The notes under the pieces are model-generated. The model did no database searches, had not been told where the DNA came from, and saw only the letters and a list, made by a program, of their open reading frames with translations. A DNA stretch of 64,000 nucleotides from Monocercomonoides exilis PA203. Taxonomy: Eukaryota > Protista > Preaxostyla. Position 1 is the stretch's first letter. Each line of letters opens with the position of its first letter. The stretch spans positions 434,001-498,000 of the forward strand of contig LSRY02000003.1 of NCBI GenBank assembly GCA_001643675.2. Reading direction: 5' to 3'. A program made the translations under genes and the position numbers. Of this stretch, positions 47,063-56,823 are shown in pieces.

Positions 47063-50000
47063 ATGAAAGCCACACATAGTTTTTTTGCGTTATTGTTGCT
47101 TGTTGTTAACTGCTATAATGAAGAATCGATTGCGGAAAGGCAATATCATCAAAAATGGAACAAGGAGATGCAGGAAGGCAAGATCAGCATTGCAGATAAA
47201 AATAGAGTTTACAACATTTATTTTGGCAATTCATTGAAGAAAGTAATAAAATCAGCTGACAATCGCATTTGCTGTATTCAAACAAGTCTGAATATCATCA
47301 ACGCCTCCTTGTGTGTGACCCATCTCAGCATCATCCCTCTCGCTGATTGTCCACTCCTCACTGCCCAGCACCACTCGGCTGCCTCCATTTGCTCCTCCAC
47401 TTGCCAAGTCAGCCCAGCAGCAAAATCTCCACTTTTCCTCTCTGCCCATGCCTCTATCATCCTCTCAAACTTCTCCCTCACCACCCACCAACCTGCCATC
47501 CTCTCCTTCCCCCTCTTCTCCACCCCAAACAATCTCCTCCCACGTGCCCACTCCCCAATCCCTGCCTCCTTCTCCATCTCCCACCCCTCATTCTCCTCTT
47601 TCGTCTCCCTCATCCAGCCCTTCCTTTTTTCTCCTTCTTCCCTCTCTTCCCCTTCTCCTTCATCATCCTTATCCTCATCCTCATCATCTTCTTTTTCTTC
47701 CCCATCCTCATCCTCTTCTTTTTCTTCCCCTTCCCCTTCCCCTTCCCCTTCCCCTTCCTCTTCCCCTTCCCCTCTCCATGTCCATCACCAATCCCATCCC
47801 CACCTCCAAATCCACCTCAATCTCCATCTCTCAAACACCATCTTCTCCAACATCTCCTCATCCCAATCCCCTCTATCACTTCAATCCCTTCCCTCACACT
47901 CACTCAATTCATTCATCTCAACCACCTCTTCCTCTTCTTCCACTTCCACTTCCACCAACACCAACATCAATTCAATCCCCTCTTTCTCTCTTCACTCATT
48001 TCTCTCCATCCACTCAACCATCTTCCTCCACACCCACAACCCCATCGATGGTGCCATCCTCCCCAACCTCAACAACCCATCCACTTCTCTCTCTGCCTTC
48101 AACACTTCATTTCTCCACCAAACACGCTCTTCACAAAATGCTGCTGTTGTACATGTTGGAAATGAAACTCACAGAAAATCACCTGGAAGATTGGATTCGT
48201 TTGATCTGAACAGCCATCGCTTTGAATGGTGCGAATGGGAAAATACAACTGGAGGGCCGAATCGAGGAGGAGCGCTTTATGTGGATTGTGCAAATGCTAA
48301 TCTTGCTATCACATTGTGCTCATTCTTCAATTGTTCATGCAATTGGGATGGAGGAGCATTGTTTTGTAGATATTTATTAAATGTCAACATCGCAAAATCC
48401 AATTTCACAAGTTGTTCGGCGTTACATGGAGGAGCTGCTTACGTTGGCTGGCCGCAATCCAGTTCTGTTTGGGTATTATCAGAAAACAGAGTGGAAAGTT
48501 GTTCAATATCTGGCTGGTGTGGAACTGGTTGGGAAATAGTGCTTGACGAAATGCCATCAGATGCAAAATTCTTGTTCAAAAATTGTGCCTGTGTTGCAAA
48601 TACTGGAGGTGATGCTGCTGGAGCAGTCACATTCAATTGGCTTCCACCACAAAAACCAAATCAGTGCTTGCTCCAAGAGTGCCAGTTCATCAACAACAAA
48701 GTCGAAAATCCAACTTCCTATGGTGGTGCTGGGCTGTGTTGCACAAGAACATATGATTGGATGAATGGAGTCAAATTCATCACATTCTGTTTCTTCGATG
48801 GCAACACAGCAACTAATGGCAGAGGAAACGATGTGTTCTTCAATGGAAGCAGCATCACCCAATCTCCATTCGAAAATTGTGGATCAACAACCCCATCAAA
48901 TAGAGTGTGGAACGCAGGAACTGCTGATAGCGATGTGTACAATGGCTGGCTTCCTCTCATGACAACATTCAAAATCGTGTCAAATAATGGGACAAACACC
49001 GATCTCTGTGGAATCACACAACTTAGACCATGCAAAACAATTGAGTTCGCTCTTGTTTGCATGACAGATTCCCAAGACGCCTCTCTCACCCTCCTCAGCT
49101 CAACATTTGTTCCTCTTCAAACACTCACCTTCATCGCTTCAAACATAAAAATCACAGGAAATGGAACAGAAGCCACCATTATCGCCTCCAGTGGTATTCC
49201 TCAACCAGCTTCTTCTTCTTCTTCTTCATTTTCATCAATATCAACATCTTCCTCACCAGATCCATCTGCCTCGTCTGCCCTCTTCCAACAGACCCAGGGC
49301 ACTCTCACAGTCTCTGCCCTCGCCATCGCCCACAACTCCACAAACACCATCACCCCCATCCTCTTCCACCTCTCCGATAACTCCCCTTCCCTCAACCTCA
49401 ACACAACCACCATCACCGGAACAACCTCCAATTCAATCACCACACCCCTCTTCTTCCTCACTGCTGGCTCCCTCGCCCTCAACCACACAGCAATCACCAG
49501 TCTCCCCCTCAACAGCCAAAGCATCTTCCACCTCACCTCCCTCACAAATCCCCTCACCCTCAACTCCTCCAACATCACCGATATCACCTCCACTGCCACC
49601 CCCGCCAGCTGTGTCCTCTCCTCTGCCACCTCCCCTGCCCTCTCCCTCTCCCTCACCAACTGCACCATCACCAATATCAACTCATCACAGCTGAGCCAAC
49701 AGACTGCCACCAATGGCGGGTGCATCTCATTCGCCTCATCTGCCTCTGCCAACTCGTTTTCTGTGAGCAACACCATCTTCTCCAGCTGCTGTGTGAGCGA
49801 GGATACAAGTTCTGGAGGAAGAGGCGGTGCTCTCATGATCGAGTACAAGGATGATTCAGAAGTGTCATCCACAACCTTTTCCGTCACCAATATCGTGTTT
49901 TCAGCCAACAAAGCGAGTGTCGGAAGAGATATGTATTTTGTGTGTGGATCATTTGTCGTTTCTGTGAAAGAGCCCTTGTTCGCCTTCATGACAAGCATCT

Positions 50001-53000
50001 CTTCAAAAGACAACTCGATTGTTGGACATGACAGAACAGAAGCATTCGGTGATTGGAATGTTGATTTATTCATATTTTTTGATGGTTTCTTTGACAGTAC
50101 AATATATGTGGATGGAATATCCGGAGTGGAGAGGGTATATTGTGGATTGGAGAAGGCGCCATGTTTGAATGTGAATTATGGGATGGAGCGTTTGAAGAGA
50201 ACAAATGTTAAAGAAGAGATTATTGTTATTTCAAATTCGTCTTTAACTGGATGTGTGGATGTGAGTAATATGTATGTAAAGGCCAAGGCGGAGACAATTG
50301 TGGAAATTGGGTGCCAAAGGGAAGTGAATAGCTCTGAAGAATGTGTTCTGAAATCAGGGTCGTTGACAGAAATGGAGTTCATTGGAATTGTTGTGCCATC
50401 GAGTTTTTCAAGAACAATCACATCAGTGATTGAATCAAGCACTCAAAATGGTGAGTTGCACATGAAGAACTGTGAGATGAGTGTGATTGGAGGGAAGGGA
50501 AACACAATTGAATTTTCCTTGATCAAATCGACAGGGAAGATGGTTGAACTCAACTCAGTCACGATTTCAGATGTGAAATCAACAGTCTCGTTGTTTTCAA
50601 TTTCGCTTTTCTCAGCTAATGTGAATGAAGGAGAGAATGAAGGAGAATATAAAGTGAAGTTGTTTAATTGTTCATTGATGAGATGCAGTTTTGATGAATC
50701 CTCATTTGGTGAATCTCCATTGATGATATCTTCTTCTGTTTTGTTTGAAAACAGCAACTTTTCAAATATTGTGAATACTGGAAGCGGTGAAGGAGGTGTT
50801 GCAAGAGTGACATTAAAAAATGATGAAAAACTGCAAATCAAATCAACAAATGTTTCATTTTGCTCACTTTCATCAAGCAATGGAAAAGGAGGATTTCTGT
50901 ATCTGGATTGTCAAAAATGTTTGAGTGAAAAACCATTTGTTTTGGAAGATATAAAGTTTGAGAACAACAATGCGGCCATTGGAAAGAACATGTTCATTTT
51001 GGGAAAGGATTTTAATTCTTCTGTGACAAATGACTCATTCAAATTTGATTATTCCTCGATGATAAATGATGAAACACTGTTTAAGGGGAGTGATAGCTTT
51101 CATTCAGACAAAGATTTGTTCATGTTTCTGATTCCATACAGTTCATTTGAGATATTTATCTCATCAAATGGATTTGATGTTGCAAGATGCGGGAGTGAGA
51201 AAGAACCATGTTTCACAATGTGGAAAGGGATGAAAAACATGAAAAAGGAAAATGGAAAGAAAACAATTCAGATTGAAGGATCGACAATTATTCGAGATTC
51301 ATACAATGTGTCCAATTATCAGATCAAAAAGGGTGTAAAGATGGGAGAGGAAGATACAAAAGCAACTTTGAATATAAAAAAGGCAATTGGAAGCCAACTG
51401 GAATATTTCATGGAAAATGATGTTCATCTTGAATTGACAAATATCCAACTTCAACTGTCAACTGGATTTGACAATTCAGCCAAAACAATTATTTCCAACA
51501 AAAATGGAGAATTGGTAATAAGTGGATGTTCATTCCATTCAGAAGCAGGAATGAACAATGGATTTGATTGTGTATTTGTGGATGTGATTGGAGGAAGTGT
51601 GGAAGCGAATGATTTGTCGATTGAATCATGCAATGTTGGAGAAAGCATTTTTGTCATTCACGATGTTGGAATTTCTTTCCAGTTGAAGAATGTTCGAGTG
51701 GAATCGTTGAATGAAAGCAGAGGATGTCTTCTTCTGATCAAAGGAACTGAATTAGCAACAAAGATAAATGAAGTGGATGAGGAAATGAGTCTCAACATTG
51801 ATAATTCATCATTTTCAGGAGTGAAGAGAAGTGACAATGGAGCAAGCATTTTGGAATCAAAGAGTGAGAATAAGATTTGTTTTGTTGTGAATGAGAGCAA
51901 CATCACAGAAGACAAAGCAGAAACAAGTGAAAAAGGAGGAGCGATATTCTTCACATTGGGATCGTCTGGATCAATGAAGATGATTGACTCAACAATCAGC
52001 CATTGCAGCTGCAGTGGCTCCACAGGAAAAGGAGGAGGAGTGTATTTGGCAACAAAGGAAAGAGGAGAATTGAATTTTTCGTTTGTGGGTATGAAATTCA
52101 GTGCGAACACAGCAAAAGTGGGGAATGATATTTTCATTGAATGCTTCAACATCACATCGCAGATCAATGAAAGGCAATTCCAATTTGATCTTCGAGAAGT
52201 TCATTATTCACGAATTAATGCATTATATGGAATTGATGAATGCCAGCATACAATTGACACAGATCTGATTGAATTTGTTACGATTCATCAGAGCGACACA
52301 ATCATTGTGAGCAGTGTGAATGGATCGGATGAGAGGCAATGTGGAACAAACACACTTCCATGTAATTCGATTGATTATGGACTAATGCATCTGACTTCTG
52401 ATTTCATAAGTCAAATGTTCATTGTGGAAGAGAGTGTAATTGAAGAAGAGATAAACCTGAAGGAAATGAGTTTGAGCTCGAAGAGCAGAGATTTGTGTGA
52501 AGTTGAAGTGAAATCAAGAATTGAAAAAACAAAGGATTCTTTGATTTCAACAACAGGAACAGTCTCGTTGGTGAGAGTGAATTTTGTGTTTGATTCGAAT
52601 TTCATTTCTTCTCATGAATCATTGATATCTTCTGAGGGAGGGATTCTTGAAATTGTGAATTGCTCGCTCACTACAAAACAACTGATGGAAGGAATTAATG
52701 CAGAATTTGCAAGCATTCAATTCCACATAATAAAAATGGAAAAAGGAGAATTACAACTTGATGGATGCACAATATCAAATCTCATTCTTCAAGAATCTGC
52801 TTTGCATCTTTCATCTTCTCTTCCATCAGTCATCGATTCATTAACAATTTGCAATTCAACAATTTCAAAATCTCTGATAGATGTTATTGAATGTGGACAA
52901 TTAACAATTAAAGATTTCAAAACTGACAATATCACTGTTGAAGGAAATGAAGAATCACTGATATCTTGCTTTTCAATGAAAAAGACAATTCAGTTGACAA

Positions 53001-55183
53001 ATTGCACAATGGACGGAGTAAGTTCAAAAACCACAAAAGGAAAATTGATGAAATTGGAGAATTGCACAGATGTGAAAATGGACAATTGCGTATTTGATGG
53101 AAACTCAAAGGAAAGAAATGAAAAGAATTTGAATGAGGGAGAAGAGATGTGCAGATGGGACGGATCTGTTGTGGAAGTTGTGAAGAGTTCTGTGATGATG
53201 AAAGACACAACAATCTCGAATTCACCAGAATGTGGAATAGCAACGAGAGGAGGAAATGTGATTATAGAAATGGGTTTATTTGAAAACAATAATCCCTCAA
53301 TTGAAGGATATCCTTCATTGAGAAGAAATATCATCTGCTCAAATTCAGGAACATTGAATGTGATGAGTTTGAAGGGAGGAGATGGATTGAAGGATAGCAC
53401 TTCTCTTTGGATATTGAATGATGGGTGCAGTTTTGAAGGGATTGTTTCTGAGAGGGATTCATCATTCTTTATTCCTGTGTTGGAGAGTGTGGAAGCAAAA
53501 GAAGAGACAGATAGAATGAAGCTGACATTTAAAGGATCGCTTCTTATTCCATGCAATTTGTTATTCTCAGTTGTGAGGAGAAAAGGAGAAGAGAAGGAGA
53601 TTGAACATTATGATTTTGATTCAAATGGGTTTTTGTCAGAAAGAGAAGTTGAAGGAAGTGTGGCAAAAGATCTCATCAGCAGTTGTGGAGATGAAATCGA
53701 GGTGAGTGTTTCTGTTTTGTTTGGGAATGCAGAATCTCCTTCTTCAACAAATTCATTCATTCTGAAAAATGCAAGCATTACTCCTCCAAAAGATGATGAA
53801 AGGATTGTTGAAGGAGGAAATGAGAAGAAGTCGTGGTGGATTGTTATTGTGATTGCATGCTTCATATTTATGATTTTGCTGACAATAATTGTTGTTTTGG
53901 CTATTCGATGGAGGAAGGTTAAGAATGAAGCAGAAGATCTGAGAGAAATTGTGAATGACAACATCAGAAAAGATCCGAAGGCATTTGAGATGGTGACGAT
54001 GGAGATGTCACCTGAGGAACAGTGGAGGAGAGCAGAGAGGGAGGCAGAAAAGAAGAACGATGAGAGAATTAAGAAGAGGGTGTATGAGAAAAACTTGGGT
54101 CATTCGGAGTCATCAGAGCATCTTTTGGCTGAAAGTGGATCAACTGAATACATTTTGGGGAGAGATTCAGACAAGATCCCAGAATGGATGCTGGAGAAAG
54201 ATGAAGAAGAAGAGATTAGGAACAGAACACCATCACCATCCATCTCATCCACTTCAACAACCGATTCAGATTCAACGTTTGTTCGAACAGAGAGTCTGTG
54301 TCCAACCACTTCGTCCATGTCGAATCTGGTGGATGCAATGGCGTGCTCATCACCTTATGAAAAGTTGATTGTGGATCTGAGAGATTCGTTGTTCATGTTG
54401 CTTCATGGGCGGAATGAGAAGAAGGAGCTGGCGATTGGATCATTGAAGGAGAGGGAGCTGACAGGAGCACAGACCCTGTTCTGGGTGGCGAATGGGGCAC
54501 TCCACTCGCTTGAAGATGAGGAAGACGAACTTCCCTCTTTACCGAACCTGAGTCCGCACATTGTGCTGTTCTCGGAGCACCTGGTGATCTGCATTGCCCT
54601 CCACTCGGACTTCTCATCAGGCTCAGACACCTCATCTGCATCGTCCACCTCCACCATTGTCACATCATCCTCTGATTGCTCAGCGATCAACAAGAGGTGG
54701 AGAGACACACAGTTGCCTTCATCAGCATTTGAGGATGCAGACAATCAGTTTGAGTGCTTGCGGTGGAAGGCGCCTGAATTGCAGATGAACAAGAAGATGG
54801 GAGCGACAGAGAAGTCAGTGGCATTCTCGATTGGGATGATGCTGTGGGAGTGTGTGACACTCGAGATCCCGTTTGGAGAATATGAGGCAGCGATCGCTGG
54901 GCAGAAGATTGCGAATGGGGAGAGGCCGAATGAGCGGGGAATTGAAGAGAGCATGGTGAAGAATGTGGTGAATGCGTGTCTGTCATCAGAGGCATCGAAA
55001 AGACCGACACTCGCCGAAGTGAAGAGAGAGCTGGCTGGGCTGTTTCCAGATGGGACATTTGTTGTGACGATGACAGATGCGATCATTCTTGAGGAAAGCA
55101 GCGAAGAAAGTGAAGAAAACGATGAGGGCAAGGGAAGAGAAAAAGAAGAGAAGCCAGATGTGAATGAGATGAAAGAAATATAA
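47063..55183 (+). CDS. Giant intronless type-I membrane receptor-like pseudokinase (paralog B)
   Basis: 2706-aa ORF with signal peptide and the same repeat ectodomain as 3951-11534; TM WWIVIVIACFIFMILLTIIVVLAI followed by RWRK; LRWKAPE...AFSIGMMLWECVTLEIPF...RPT. Confidence 0.87.
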   Translation: MKATHSFFALLLLVVNCYNEESIAERQYHQKWNKEMQEGKISIADKNRVYNIYFGNSLKKVIKSADNRICCIQTSLNIINASLCVTHLSIIPLADCPLLTAQHHSAASICSSTCQVSPAAKSPLFLSAHASIILSNFSLTTHQPAILSFPLFSTPNNLLPRAHSPIPASFSISHPSFSSFVSLIQPFLFSPSSLSSPSPSSSLSSSSSSSFSSPSSSSSFSSPSPSPSPSPSSSPSPLHVHHQSHPHLQIHLNLHLSNTIFSNISSSQSPLSLQSLPSHSLNSFISTTSSSSSTSTSTNTNINSIPSFSLHSFLSIHSTIFLHTHNPIDGAILPNLNNPSTSLSAFNTSFLHQTRSSQNAAVVHVGNETHRKSPGRLDSFDLNSHRFEWCEWENTTGGPNRGGALYVDCANANLAITLCSFFNCSCNWDGGALFCRYLLNVNIAKSNFTSCSALHGGAAYVGWPQSSSVWVLSENRVESCSISGWCGTGWEIVLDEMPSDAKFLFKNCACVANTGGDAAGAVTFNWLPPQKPNQCLLQECQFINNKVENPTSYGGAGLCCTRTYDWMNGVKFITFCFFDGNTATNGRGNDVFFNGSSITQSPFENCGSTTPSNRVWNAGTADSDVYNGWLPLMTTFKIVSNNGTNTDLCGITQLRPCKTIEFALVCMTDSQDASLTLLSSTFVPLQTLTFIASNIKITGNGTEATIIASSGIPQPASSSSSSFSSISTSSSPDPSASSALFQQTQGTLTVSALAIAHNSTNTITPILFHLSDNSPSLNLNTTTITGTTSNSITTPLFFLTAGSLALNHTAITSLPLNSQSIFHLTSLTNPLTLNSSNITDITSTATPASCVLSSATSPALSLSLTNCTITNINSSQLSQQTATNGGCISFASSASANSFSVSNTIFSSCCVSEDTSSGGRGGALMIEYKDDSEVSSTTFSVTNIVFSANKASVGRDMYFVCGSFVVSVKEPLFAFMTSISSKDNSIVGHDRTEAFGDWNVDLFIFFDGFFDSTIYVDGISGVERVYCGLEKAPCLNVNYGMERLKRTNVKEEIIVISNSSLTGCVDVSNMYVKAKAETIVEIGCQREVNSSEECVLKSGSLTEMEFIGIVVPSSFSRTITSVIESSTQNGELHMKNCEMSVIGGKGNTIEFSLIKSTGKMVELNSVTISDVKSTVSLFSISLFSANVNEGENEGEYKVKLFNCSLMRCSFDESSFGESPLMISSSVLFENSNFSNIVNTGSGEGGVARVTLKNDEKLQIKSTNVSFCSLSSSNGKGGFLYLDCQKCLSEKPFVLEDIKFENNNAAIGKNMFILGKDFNSSVTNDSFKFDYSSMINDETLFKGSDSFHSDKDLFMFLIPYSSFEIFISSNGFDVARCGSEKEPCFTMWKGMKNMKKENGKKTIQIEGSTIIRDSYNVSNYQIKKGVKMGEEDTKATLNIKKAIGSQLEYFMENDVHLELTNIQLQLSTGFDNSAKTIISNKNGELVISGCSFHSEAGMNNGFDCVFVDVIGGSVEANDLSIESCNVGESIFVIHDVGISFQLKNVRVESLNESRGCLLLIKGTELATKINEVDEEMSLNIDNSSFSGVKRSDNGASILESKSENKICFVVNESNITEDKAETSEKGGAIFFTLGSSGSMKMIDSTISHCSCSGSTGKGGGVYLATKERGELNFSFVGMKFSANTAKVGNDIFIECFNITSQINERQFQFDLREVHYSRINALYGIDECQHTIDTDLIEFVTIHQSDTIIVSSVNGSDERQCGTNTLPCNSIDYGLMHLTSDFISQMFIVEESVIEEEINLKEMSLSSKSRDLCEVEVKSRIEKTKDSLISTTGTVSLVRVNFVFDSNFISSHESLISSEGGILEIVNCSLTTKQLMEGINAEFASIQFHIIKMEKGELQLDGCTISNLILQESALHLSSSLPSVIDSLTICNSTISKSLIDVIECGQLTIKDFKTDNITVEGNEESLISCFSMKKTIQLTNCTMDGVSSKTTKGKLMKLENCTDVKMDNCVFDGNSKERNEKNLNEGEEMCRWDGSVVEVVKSSVMMKDTTISNSPECGIATRGGNVIIEMGLFENNNPSIEGYPSLRRNIICSNSGTLNVMSLKGGDGLKDSTSLWILNDGCSFEGIVSERDSSFFIPVLESVEAKEETDRMKLTFKGSLLIPCNLLFSVVRRKGEEKEIEHYDFDSNGFLSEREVEGSVAKDLISSCGDEIEVSVSVLFGNAESPSSTNSFILKNASITPPKDDERIVEGGNEKKSWWIVIVIACFIFMILLTIIVVLAIRWRKVKNEAEDLREIVNDNIRKDPKAFEMVTMEMSPEEQWRRAEREAEKKNDERIKKRVYEKNLGHSESSEHLLAESGSTEYILGRDSDKIPEWMLEKDEEEEIRNRTPSPSISSTSTTDSDSTFVRTESLCPTTSSMSNLVDAMACSSPYEKLIVDLRDSLFMLLHGRNEKKELAIGSLKERELTGAQTLFWVANGALHSLEDEEDELPSLPNLSPHIVLFSEHLVICIALHSDFSSGSDTSSASSTSTIVTSSSDCSAINKRWRDTQLPSSAFEDADNQFECLRWKAPELQMNKKMGATEKSVAFSIGMMLWECVTLEIPFGEYEAAIAGQKIANGERPNERGIEESMVKNVVNACLSSEASKRPTLAEVKRELAGLFPDGTFVVTMTDAIILEESSEESEENDEGKGREKEEKPDVNEMKEI

Positions 55184-55431
55184 AATGGGAAATGAGTGAT
55201 GAATGCAAAATAACAAAAATGCTATCTATTCAAGAAGGTTGCATGGAAAAGGGAGGAAAAGGGAGAAAGAAAGAAAAGAAATCAAAGGAAGAAAATCGAT
55301 GGAGTGGATGTTATCAACGAAGTTCGAGAACTTTTGAAAAGGAGAGGAGCACGAATTCAAGATGAAGTTTTATGGAGGAAGCAAACAATGAAATTTGAAA
55401 GAGTATTTTTTTTTTCTCTTGAAAATTTGAG

Positions 55432-55464
<33 letters not shown>

Positions 55465-55731
55465 TGGAAATGGTTTCTGATGATATGAAGCCAAAAGGAA
55501 ACGGGGAAATGCAAATGAAGCTTGCATCTGGGATGCGAGTTTTGATTTCACTTGATTTGTTGATTTAGATCGAAAGGTCGTGTATAAAGTTTCAGTTGTT
55601 GCTTGACTTTGGAAAGTGACGTGTGAGTTATTCAGTTCATTTTGCTTTGAGAGAGCTTTTTCTATTTACAACAACGTTTTGAGTTCACAGAGGCTCGAGG
55701 ATGTTGGGCGAGCCAATGAACATCATTATAT

Positions 55732-55860
55732 ATTTTCTCTTTTCTCTTTTCTCTTTTCTCTTTTCTCTTTTCTCTTTTCTATTTTCTATTTTCTATTTTC
55801 TATTTTCTATTTTTCTATTTTCTATTTTGTGTTTTCTATTTTGTGTATTCTATTTTGTGT
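55732..55860. repeat. Heptamer minisatellite (TTTTCTC)n grading into (TTTTCTA)n; a (TTA)n tract lies nearby at ~55433-55463
   Basis: Read directly from the sequence. Confidence 0.9.
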
Positions 55861-56823
55861 TTGAAGTGTTTTAATTTTTATTGGCTGAAAGCACCTTTCT
55901 TTTTTTTATGATTTTGTTTCATAATTTTGTTTCATAATTTTGTTTCTTAATTTCCAAAATACATGATTTTCGCAATTGTAATGTTGCAGATGTTGTTGCA
56001 TTGTCATTTGGCTGCATCTTCTTTTTGTTATTTTTTTCATAATCAGGCAACAGATTCATGAGCATTCTGTTGCATTTCGCGGTGGAAATGATTTTCACGA
56101 AGATCTTTTTTATGTACGATTTTATTTCAGAGTCTGCCATTTGTATTTTTGTTTCACACCAACACAATTTTTGATGTTTTCTGTGATAATTTATAAATCC
56201 ATTGCACCTTCTTTTCTCTTCTTTTCTTTTCTTTTTTGAGTTTATTTGATCACCAGTCAGCCTCTTTTTCAAGCACCATTTTTGTGTATTCAATCCATTT
56301 TTGCGCTTGTAATTCAATCTTTATCTCTTTCAACTCTTTTTTTACAAATTAGCAGCAATCACTTCAATTTAAGGGAAAAATTTTTGAGCATTTTTCTTTT
56401 TTACTGTGTGAAGAAGAGCTAAGGCATTGGGAATATCAAATTGATTGAATGATTAAAACAAAAAATTACCAATAAAAATAGTCCTTTTTATAAATCGATA
56501 CAATGTGATATTTTAGCTCGATAATTAAATGATGAAAAAAAACATGGGAAATTGAGTTAAAAAATAAAAGGTACAAAAATTGCTATAATTGTCGAACTTA
56601 ATGGCAAACTTAATTATTATGACAGAGCAATACTTATGAAATCCACAACTCCACATAACTTCCGATATGATTTCTATTTTTATGATTCATAGAAATTAAG
56701 CTTTATAAAAAAGGAAAGCAAGAACTGTATGAAAATTTTGTAATTACGAATTGCAAAGGATGACAGAATTGAAATGACATCCAATGAACTTATTTGTTAA
56801 TTCCATCCAATAATTGACACATT

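Noticed and set aside
49201-50073. Long antisense ORFs shared by both receptor paralogs (also 8902-9570) and Pro/Leu/His-rich alternative-frame ORFs at 47347-48209 and 10496-11361
   Set aside because: Expected by-products of the C-rich codon bias, which removes stops in other frames; no independent domain signal.
55919-56317. 132-aa Lys-rich ORF on the minus strand
   Set aside because: Non-ATG start, low complexity, no motif.
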